Position numbers and translations under genes: made by a program. 64,000 bases of DNA from Vulcanimicrobiota bacterium (GTDB lineage: Bacteria > Vulcanimicrobiota > Xenobia > Xenobiales > JADMJV01). This document shows, piece by piece, positions 38,112 to 45,664 of this stretch (positions within the stretch are counted from its first letter, which is position 1; each line of letters opens with the position of its first letter). The notes under the pieces are model-generated. The model searched no databases, was not told the DNA's origin, and worked only from the letters and a program-made list of their open reading frames with translations. The stretch spans positions 55,513 through 119,512 of the forward strand of contig JBFWNU010000006.1 in NCBI GenBank assembly GCA_050250895.1. The letters are read 5' to 3'.

Positions 38112-39357
38112 CGCTGGTCAGTTCGAGCACTTGCTCGGCGGCAGCCACCCGGACCTTGGTCATCGAGTTGAGTGCAACCAGACTTTGGCGCGCCTGCTGT
38201 AGCTTTTCGGCGATGGCTTCGTCGTCCTGGTCGGGGTCATGATGGAACAGATACAGTTCCTTCACTTTGGCCTGGTGGGCGAGACTGGTGGCCGCGCTCA
38301 CCGACGAGTGGCCCCAACCGATGCGGGAGGGATATTCCTCATCTCGATAGGTGACGTCGGTGATCAGCAGATCGGCCTCGGCCACGAACTCGGCCAGGAG
38401 CTTTTCGTAGTTGGCCGAGTACATGTCGCTGTCTTCGGGAAAAAGCTCGTTGTCGGTGACATAGCAGAGCTTCAGTCCGCCGTAGTGCACCGCATAGCCC
38501 AGGCAAGTGCCGGGGTGGCACAGCAGCATCGTCTTGACGGTGGCGGGCCCGAATTTGAACTGACCTTCGGTGATGTCCTGGTAGTCTACCCGGGCCCCGA
38601 ACTCTCTGGGCGTGATAGGAAAGTGCAGGCCATCCATCTGATTGGCCACCAGTTGCTCGAGGGTCACCGAGCCCGAGGCTGGCCCGGTGATGGTAAAATG
38701 ATTGCCGGGTATGTACAGCGGCGCGAAAAAGGGCAAAAAGTTCAAGTGGTCCCAATGGGGATGCGAGATGAAGATGGTGCCTCTGGTCTTCTTCTTCGCC
38801 TTGACCAGGGAGTTGCCCAGGGGCTTGATGCCGGTGCCGGCGTCGAAAATGAAGATGTGGTCGTCGGGAAAGGTCAGGCTCACGCAGGCGGTGTTGCCGC
38901 CGTAGCGCAGCGTGTCGGGCCCAGGCACGGGAATGGTGCCACGGGTTCCCCAGAAGCAGACGCTCACCGAAGTGTTGAAAAGAGCCATCAGACGACGGTA
39001 CATCTCGTAGGGGTCGGTGCGCGATTTGGCGATAAAGCCGTTGGCGCCGGCGTCGAGAGCGCGTTGCCGGTCGGGTTGGTAGATCTTGCCCGAAACCACC
39101 GCGATGCACAGGGATGCGGTGTCGGGTTGAGCGCGCAGCCGGCGACACAACTCGACCCCGTCCATTTCGGGCATCATGATGTCGAGGACGACGCAGTCCG
39201 GCGGATTCTGGGTGATGACCTCGAGAGCCTCGACGCTCGAGGTGAAGGTGGTCACCTCGTGTCCCTCGATTTCGATGGCCATTTTGAGCACGGCCAGAAT
39301 GTCGGGATCGTCGTCTACCAGGACGAAGCGTTTGGATGGATTCTCTTGCACGGCCAC
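38101..39357 (-). CDS. Receiver domain fused to metallo-beta-lactamase-fold hydrolase
   Basis: VDDD, LDIMMP receiver; WGTRG, YGGNTAC, DAGTG, SHPHWDH, HPG, TDNE, WGHS, FHHDP. Confidence 0.9.
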   Translation of the reverse strand: MAVQENPSKRFVLVDDDPDILAVLKMAIEIEGHEVTTFTSSVEALEVITQNPPDCVVLDIMMPEMDGVELCRRLRAQPDTASLCIAVVSGKIYQPDRQRALDAGANGFIAKSRTDPYEMYRRLMALFNTSVSVCFWGTRGTIPVPGPDTLRYGGNTACVSLTFPDDHIFIFDAGTGIKPLGNSLVKAKKKTRGTIFISHPHWDHLNFLPFFAPLYIPGNHFTITGPASGSVTLEQLVANQMDGLHFPITPREFGARVDYQDITEGQFKFGPATVKTMLLCHPGTCLGYAVHYGGLKLCYVTDNELFPEDSDMYSANYEKLLAEFVAEADLLITDVTYRDEEYPSRIGWGHSSVSAATSLAHQAKVKELYLFHHDPDQDDEAIAEKLQQARQSLVALNSMTKVRVAAAEQVLELTSDDQ

Positions 39358-39376
39358 GATTTCGGGGCCTTGGAAA

Positions 39377-40057
39377 CTAAACCTCTAGCCGGTAGCCAAA
39401 GCCTCGCACGGAGACGATCGCGGGTCCACCCTGGGGCAATTTCTTGCGCAGGTTGAGCACATGGGTGTCGATGGTTCGGGTGTCTCCCACATAATCTTCG
39501 CCCCACACCAGGTCGAGCAGCTGTTGGCGCGAGAAGGCCCGACCGGCGTGGCTGAGCAGCACCTCGAGGAGTCCGAGTTCGCGGGGAGTGAGTTCGATCG
39601 GGTCGTCGTGGAAGTAGGCCTGACGGGCGGCCGAGTCAAGTCGCAGCGGGCCGTTAGTCAGGTCGGGGCTAGCTGGCGGAGTCTTGCTCCAGCCTTGCGA
39701 GCGGCGCAGCAGGGCTCGGGCGCGAGCGAGTAACTCGCGGGGATTGAAGGGCTTGCCGAGATAGTCGTCGGCTCCGGTTTCAAGACCCATGACCTTGTCG
39801 AGATCCTGATTGCGAGCACTGAGCATGAGGATGGGAACGCGGTGGTGCTTGCGGATTTCGCGGCAGATGGAGAGGCCGTCGAGGTCGGGCAGGTTAATGT
39901 CGAGGATGACGAGGTCAGGCCTGGCTTTCTCGAGTTTCTCCAGCCCTTCGCGGCCGCAGGTTGCCGTAATGACCTGGAAATGAGCCAGACCCAATTCGAG
40001 ATCGAGAACCTGTAGTAAGTCTGGATCGTCATCTATGGCAAGTATGGTCGCCAGCAT
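39377..40057 (-). CDS. OmpR/PhoB-family response regulator
   Basis: IDDD, LDINLP, GADDYLGKPF, LTPRE, RTIDTHVLNLRKK, VRGFGY. Confidence 0.93.
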   Translation of the reverse strand: MLATILAIDDDPDLLQVLDLELGLAHFQVITATCGREGLEKLEKARPDLVILDINLPDLDGLSICREIRKHHRVPILMLSARNQDLDKVMGLETGADDYLGKPFNPRELLARARALLRRSQGWSKTPPASPDLTNGPLRLDSAARQAYFHDDPIELTPRELGLLEVLLSHAGRAFSRQQLLDLVWGEDYVGDTRTIDTHVLNLRKKLPQGGPAIVSVRGFGYRLEV

Positions 40058-40100
40058 ACTCTAGTGGCTTCGAGAGAACGATTGCAACTCCCTGGAGAAT

Positions 40101-40136
40101 CTTGACATATCCTTGACACAGGTAGGCTACTATGCT
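40101..40136. promoter_or_regulatory. CTTGACA direct repeat with 11-bp period (OmpR/PhoB-type box) followed by -10-like hexamers
   Basis: cttgaca at 40101 and 40112; tactat/tatgct at 40128-40136; lies in the divergent region next to the OmpR-family gene. Confidence 0.5.
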
Positions 40137-40264
40137 TATGGGAGAGGCGCCCCTTACTGCCCCGTCTGGTGGCGCCCCTCCCTTCGTCGTTTCTAGATTC
40201 AGCAGGGAAGGAACCTGGGCTGGAGGGGCAAACATTGGTTCGATGATCGAACTGGGAGGGTACC

Positions 40265-40867
40265 GTGGGCAAGTCTCGTTCTGAAGAATCCGAGCTGGTG
40301 GTAAAAGGGGAGAGTGAATCCACCGTCGAGCTGCCCCCGGAGGGGCGCCACGAAACGCGCAACCTGGAGAAGGTCCGGGACATCCTGTTTGGCACTCAAG
40401 CCCGCGGCTTTGATCGCAAACTCGACCAGCTAGAAACGGTACTGGGCGAGCAGAGCGACTCCCTGAGGGCTCAGTTTCAAGAGAAACTCGATGCTCTCGA
40501 GCAGTTTATCAAGGCTGAAGTCTCGGGATTGATCGACAAGATCAGTCAGGAAGAGCGCAAGCGCACCGAGGCTCTCGAGGAGATCGGCGACGAACTGCGC
40601 AAAGTGGCCAAGAATCTGGGCCGGCGCCTGGATGACGTGGACGGAATGCGCCAGCAGAACGAACGCGAGTTTCGCGACCAATTGCTGCAAACGTCCAAGC
40701 GCATCAGTGATGAGTTGGACACGCGCGCTCGCGAGCTGCGCAATCGTCTCGAGCGCGAAGGCAGCGAGTTGCGACGAGATAAAGTCGACCGTTCGGCTCT
40801 AGCCTCCTTGCTGACCGACCTGGCCGTGCAGATGGGTCAGGAAGCTCCGGAACGCCGCGAGGGATAG
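40265..40867 (+). CDS. Coiled-coil protein
   Basis: GGAGG RBS; LEKVRDILFG start of a long helical region; ends KVDRSALASLLTDLA. Confidence 0.8.
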   Translation: MGKSRSEESELVVKGESESTVELPPEGRHETRNLEKVRDILFGTQARGFDRKLDQLETVLGEQSDSLRAQFQEKLDALEQFIKAEVSGLIDKISQEERKRTEALEEIGDELRKVAKNLGRRLDDVDGMRQQNEREFRDQLLQTSKRISDELDTRARELRNRLEREGSELRRDKVDRSALASLLTDLAVQMGQEAPERREG

Positions 40868-40870
40868 CGG

Positions 40871-42718
40871 TTGGACGGGAGAGACCTGTCAACCGACCTG
40901 GAAGCTCTCGAGCAACTGCGCGAGTTGCTCTTTGGTGAAGAACTGGCTCAGCTCAAGGCGATTCGCCGCGACCTCAAGCGTTTTCCCACGCCCGAGGAGG
41001 TGGCCCGGGCGCTGCCCGCCGCGGTGGCCCTGTGCGACGAGAAGGGGGTGGCCCTGCGCGAAGCTCTGGCCCCGCCGGTCGAACAGGCTCTCAAAGTGTC
41101 GGTCCGGGAGAATCCCCAACCCCTGTTGGACGTGATCTTCCCCCTGCTGGGTCCGGCCATCCGCCGGGCCGTGCAGTCGGCCCTGAGGGGGGCCGTTCAG
41201 TCGCTCAATCAGGCCATGGAATACAGCCTCAATCCTCACTTTCGCTTTCAGGCCTGGCGCTCCGGGCTCTCCTTTCCCGAGTATGTCCTGTTGGCTACTT
41301 TGATTTATCGGGTCGAGCACGTCTTTTTGATCCATAACGAGACCGGTTTGGTGTTGGCGCAGGCTGACGATCCCGAGGCTGAAACCACGGACGCCGACAT
41401 GGTGGCCGGCATGCTCTCGGCGATTCAGTCGTTTATGGCCGACTCTTTCAAGCCAACGGCTGGTGACACGCTCGAAGAGGTGCAATATGGAGAGTTGGCT
41501 TTGCTGGTCATCGGGGGCAGCGATGCCAGCCTGACCCTGGCAGTGCGCGGGCAGGCCCCGGAAGAACTCAGAGTGAGGGCTCAGGAGCTCCTCGAAGGCA
41601 TCCACTTTCGGGACGCCGACGCCCTCGAGGACTTCGATGGAGACACCGCCCCTTTTGAAGCCTGTCGCCCGCTCCTCGAACGGTTGATTGAGAGTCAGAG
41701 CAAGCCGCCCAGCTCCGTGCCCTCGCGAGCGGCCCTGATGGCCGTGGGGGTGGCGGTCATCGTGATCGGCCTGGGTCTGGGCTACGCAACGGTGCATGAG
41801 ATGCGCTTCCGCTCGATGCTCGGGCAACTCGAGGCCGAGCCCGGAGTGCTGGTGACCAGGGTGGAGCGGGGACCCACCGGCACCGACCTTTTCGGTCTGC
41901 GGGACCCCCTCTCGGCCGACCCCGACCCCGTCGTTCGCGCTTTCGACCCCGACATTCGCACTCACTGGGAGTCGATTCAGAGCAACGACATGGTGATGAC
42001 TCGCAAACGGGTTCAGCAAATCCTGGCCCCTCCTCAGACGGTCAAGTTGCTGTTGGAGGACGGCACCCTGCGAGCGGTGGGCCGGGCCACCAGCGAGTGG
42101 ATCGAGCGCACCCGGCTGTTGGCGCCTACCTTACCAGGCGTGGAGCACTACATCGAAGCCGGTCTGGAAGACCTCGACCCCCTCAACCGGGTGCGCGCCC
42201 AACTGGGCACCCCCGACTCGGTGGTGCTGGCCCTCGATGGTCGCCACCTGGTTGCTTCGGGAGTAGCCGAGAACGCCTGGATTCGGGCCGCAACCGAACG
42301 GCTCGAGAAGCATCCCGATGTCGATAGCTTTGACGTCGCGGCGCTCGAGAATCTGGAGGAGTCTCGTCTGCGTCAGAAACAGACGGCCCTTCAGTCGCGC
42401 TACATCTACTTTCAGGAAGGCACCACCGTGATGAAAGAGCCGGCCTCGAGCGTGCTCGACCAAACGGCGCGCGATTGGGCCGCCATCGTAACGATGGCCG
42501 ATAAATTGCAGCGGGCTCCGGTGCTGACTCTGATCGGTCAAAGTGACGCCGTAGGCACGCGCGAGATCAACGAACGCCTCAGTCTCGAACGCGCTCGCCT
42601 GGTGCAGAACGAACTGGTCAGGCGTGGCCTCAAGCAAGAGATGAAGGTCGATTCCTTGATCAGCCCCAATGAAGACCCTCGGCTCCGCCGCGTGCTTTTT
42701 CAGCTGGATCTGCGTTAG
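40871..42718 (+). CDS. Inner-membrane protein: cytoplasmic domain, TM, BON-like repeats, OmpA-like peptidoglycan-binding domain
   Basis: LEQLRELLFG N-terminus; VFLIHNETGLVL, DMVAGMLSAIQSF; TM; GLRDPL; IGQSDAVG..INERLSLERA...RRV. Confidence 0.85.
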   Translation: MDGRDLSTDLEALEQLRELLFGEELAQLKAIRRDLKRFPTPEEVARALPAAVALCDEKGVALREALAPPVEQALKVSVRENPQPLLDVIFPLLGPAIRRAVQSALRGAVQSLNQAMEYSLNPHFRFQAWRSGLSFPEYVLLATLIYRVEHVFLIHNETGLVLAQADDPEAETTDADMVAGMLSAIQSFMADSFKPTAGDTLEEVQYGELALLVIGGSDASLTLAVRGQAPEELRVRAQELLEGIHFRDADALEDFDGDTAPFEACRPLLERLIESQSKPPSSVPSRAALMAVGVAVIVIGLGLGYATVHEMRFRSMLGQLEAEPGVLVTRVERGPTGTDLFGLRDPLSADPDPVVRAFDPDIRTHWESIQSNDMVMTRKRVQQILAPPQTVKLLLEDGTLRAVGRATSEWIERTRLLAPTLPGVEHYIEAGLEDLDPLNRVRAQLGTPDSVVLALDGRHLVASGVAENAWIRAATERLEKHPDVDSFDVAALENLEESRLRQKQTALQSRYIYFQEGTTVMKEPASSVLDQTARDWAAIVTMADKLQRAPVLTLIGQSDAVGTREINERLSLERARLVQNELVRRGLKQEMKVDSLISPNEDPRLRRVLFQLDLR

Positions 42719-42799
42719 CACCGCATTCGCAGCAGAAGTAGGTCCTTCAATCCCACCGATGGGGCAGGGCGCCCGACCACTGGGCCGAAAAATACGCTG

Positions 42800-43621
42800 A
42801 TGTTCTGCAAGAACTGTGGCTCAGCCCTTAGCTCTCAGGTTTGCGATTTCTGCGGAACGGTTGAAGCCGAGGTGGCTCAGGCTCCGGGTTCGGGACCGGT
42901 TGCCCAGCCCTTGGGCGAGGGCTTCGAACTCGAGCGGACCTTTAGCGATTCCCAGCGGGTCCACGACCAGGCCGTTGCCCACAGCCTGGCCATGGAGACG
43001 CACCGATTGCGAAGCGCCCGGGCCTTGAGGTGGGTGGTGACGGCGCTGCTCGGGTTGTCTTTGTTGGGGGGGCTCTACTATCTTTTCGCTCATTTGGTTT
43101 TGAGCGAGTCGGCCCTCAATGCCGCTGTCATGAGAGTCTCGGAACGAGAGTATCCGCTCGCTCACCACGAGGCTGCCAGGGCTGCCAACATTCTTTCACT
43201 CGAAGTCGAGCCGGTCTGTTTGGACGGAGCTATCTATGTGCTCGAGGCGATCGCCCCGGGAAAGTACTCGCCCAGTCCGGAGGAGTGTTATCCGATGGCC
43301 CGTTTTCGATTGGAGAAAGCGGCCAAGCTGGAGCCTGACTATGGCCCGTCCCATTTCTATCTAGGCGTGGTCTATGTGCAACAAGGCGAACGAGCCATGG
43401 CTGTGGCCGAGTTCGAGCGAACACTCGGGCTGCTTAATCGCGCTGACGGCCGGCCGTTGACAGCAGCCTTCGCCGACGCATCGACCGCCCTTTTGGCCGC
43501 GCTCCACAGCAACCAGACGCGCTTTGAATTCTACTCGGGGGCTCCCACGGCCAACGGTCAAGCGGTCCCCAGCAAAGAAGGAGCCTTTCGTGTCCCATTC
43601 GGACGCTACCCGCCTGACTAA
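42800..43621 (+). CDS. Zinc-ribbon / TM / TPR protein
   Basis: MFCKNCG...CDFCG; TM; HFYLGVVYVQQGE TPR. Confidence 0.72.
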   Translation: MFCKNCGSALSSQVCDFCGTVEAEVAQAPGSGPVAQPLGEGFELERTFSDSQRVHDQAVAHSLAMETHRLRSARALRWVVTALLGLSLLGGLYYLFAHLVLSESALNAAVMRVSEREYPLAHHEAARAANILSLEVEPVCLDGAIYVLEAIAPGKYSPSPEECYPMARFRLEKAAKLEPDYGPSHFYLGVVYVQQGERAMAVAEFERTLGLLNRADGRPLTAAFADASTALLAALHSNQTRFEFYSGAPTANGQAVPSKEGAFRVPFGRYPPD

Positions 43622-44147
43622 TTGTCGGGCTTGCGCCGCACCCCTGTCGGACTTTGTCACGGGTCGTTGCCAGTATTGCGGTCGGGTCAACGATCTCGAC
43701 TTGCGGCAGCTGGACGCGGGCCAATCCTTGGGAGGCGCAGCCCAGTCTCGCTGCCCCCGCTGCCGAGAGGCGTTGTTGAAGCTTGAGATTCAGTTTGGGG
43801 TCCCCTTTGAACTCGAGCGTTGCAAGCGATGTCTGGGTGTCTTCTTCGAGGTAAGCGAGCTCGAGCGTCTGCTCCGCCTGATCGCCAGCGACCGGAGCAT
43901 CGACCAAGGTCGTCTACAGCGGTTGATGGCCGAGCACAAGGAAGCTTGGCCGGTTAGCTATCTTCCATGTCCGGCCTGCGCAGAACCGATGACTCGAACC
44001 TGCTTTGGCCAAAGTCCCGTCATCATCGACCGCTGCAAGGCTCACGGAGTCTGGCTCGATGGTGGCGAACTGGGGCGTTTGCTGGTGTGGGCCCGAGCCG
44101 GCGGACTGGGAGAGGTAGAGGCAAGCCACTGGGAAAGCCCAGCTTAG
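43590..44147 (+). CDS. Multi zinc-finger (zf-TFIIB-like) protein
   Basis: AAGGAG RBS, GTG start; CRAC..CQYC, CPRC..CKRCLGVFFEVSEL, CPAC..IDRCKAHGVWLDGGEL. Confidence 0.8.
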   Translation: MSHSDATRLTNCRACAAPLSDFVTGRCQYCGRVNDLDLRQLDAGQSLGGAAQSRCPRCREALLKLEIQFGVPFELERCKRCLGVFFEVSELERLLRLIASDRSIDQGRLQRLMAEHKEAWPVSYLPCPACAEPMTRTCFGQSPVIIDRCKAHGVWLDGGELGRLLVWARAGGLGEVEASHWESPA

Positions 44148-45664
44148 TGGAGTTGGTCGCTACCCATATCAAAACCCGCGAATCGGTTCGGTTTGCTTTG
44201 GGCGAAGGCAGCTACACTCTGGGCCGGGCCACCGCCGATGACCCCGACGACAAGCTTGCCATTGGCTTCGATGGCAAACTTTCGCGCCGGCACGCTCGGC
44301 TCGAAGTGCAGGGGCAACGGGTGAAGGTGAGCCGCGACGGAAGTCGCTATCCCCTCTATCGCGATGGCCGCGAGAGCGAGGAGTTCTATCTGGCTCCCGG
44401 CGAGCGTTTCAGTTCGGCCGAGACTCTTTTCGAGGTCGAGGCCGAGCCGGCCGAACAAACCATCTGCCTGGCTCGACTCGGCATCGACACCGCCAACCAG
44501 CGCAACGCCGAGAAGGTGCTCGAGGTGGTGCTAGGGCTTCAACCCTTGCTGTGTGGGTGCCCCGGTGAGCAGTTGTTTGTCGAGGTGCTGGCTCTCTTGC
44601 GACGCCTGTTACCCACGGCCACCGTGCGTTTTCTTCGTCTGGACGAACACGGCCGACCGCTCGACGAAGGCCAGCCCCGACCCAGTCGTCGGTTGGTGCG
44701 AGACTGCCTGGAGCAAAGAGAGCCGGTTTATCATCTCTTCGGCAGCAGTCCGTCAGATGCCGCCACCGTGGTCGAGGGAGTGGGCTGGGCCCTGGCTGCT
44801 CCGGTGGTGGGAGGGGAGCAGCGCTACGTTCTCTACGCGGTCGGCCGCGAGGACCGCCAGGATGCTCCGGGAGAGCGGGACCGGGCTGCTCTGGCTCTGA
44901 TTGCTTCGGTGCTGTCCCAGCATCTGGAAGGGCGCCGGGTGGCCCACCTGCAGGCTCAGATGGAGGCCGAGCGCAAGGCCATCCAGAGCAGCAAACTGGC
45001 GGCGGTCGGGCAACTGGCGGCCGGGATGGCCCACGAGCTGAACAATCCTCTGGCCACGGTGAAGCTGGCTCTGGATTACGCTCGTCTCAAAGCGGTCGGG
45101 GACGAGACGGTGAGGCGGCGTCTGGAGGCGGCCAACCTCGAGCTCGAGCGGGCCCACCGCCTGGTGGAGCAGTTGCTGCGCTACAGTCGAGAGGGAGGGC
45201 ATAGGCAGTTTCTATGCCTGGGAGAGATGGTCGAAGACACGCTGGCCATGGTGCGGGGCGGCTTTGAGGAGACCGGGCTCGAGTTGCAGCATCGGCGCCA
45301 GAATGAGGTCTACGTCGAGGGTGAGGCCAACGAGCTTCAACAGTTGTTGCTGAACCTGTTGCTCAACGCGCGCCAGGCCAATCTCGATCACGGTCAAGGC
45401 CTGATTGAAGTCCGAACCGGGGCTGACGAACACGCCTTTCTCGAGGTGCGGGACCGGGGTCCGGGTCTGGCCGCCGAGGTGCGGCGCCGAATGTTCGAAC
45501 CGTTTTTCACCACCCGCCCGGTCGGTCAGGGAGCCGGGCTGGGGCTGACCATTGCTCGTGACATTGCTACCGCTCACGGAGGCACGCTGGAGGCTCTGGA
45601 TAGCTCTGACGGAGCTATTTTTCGATTGACGCTGCCCAGGGCGACCGATAACCGCAGCTCTTAG
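44147..45664 (+). CDS. FHA-domain, GAF-like, histidine kinase
   Basis: YTLGR...LSRRHARL FHA; LAAGMAHELNNPL, NLLLNA, DRGPG, FEPFFTT, GAGLGL. Confidence 0.88.
   Translation: MELVATHIKTRESVRFALGEGSYTLGRATADDPDDKLAIGFDGKLSRRHARLEVQGQRVKVSRDGSRYPLYRDGRESEEFYLAPGERFSSAETLFEVEAEPAEQTICLARLGIDTANQRNAEKVLEVVLGLQPLLCGCPGEQLFVEVLALLRRLLPTATVRFLRLDEHGRPLDEGQPRPSRRLVRDCLEQREPVYHLFGSSPSDAATVVEGVGWALAAPVVGGEQRYVLYAVGREDRQDAPGERDRAALALIASVLSQHLEGRRVAHLQAQMEAERKAIQSSKLAAVGQLAAGMAHELNNPLATVKLALDYARLKAVGDETVRRRLEAANLELERAHRLVEQLLRYSREGGHRQFLCLGEMVEDTLAMVRGGFEETGLELQHRRQNEVYVEGEANELQQLLLNLLLNARQANLDHGQGLIEVRTGADEHAFLEVRDRGPGLAAEVRRRMFEPFFTTRPVGQGAGLGLTIARDIATAHGGTLEALDSSDGAIFRLTLPRATDNRSS

Noticed and set aside
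40220-40262. c-di-GMP-I riboswitch suggested by GGGCAAAC
   Set aside because: Lacks the GNRA-capped P2 and downstream GACGCAAAG core; only a short gttcgat/atcgaac hairpin
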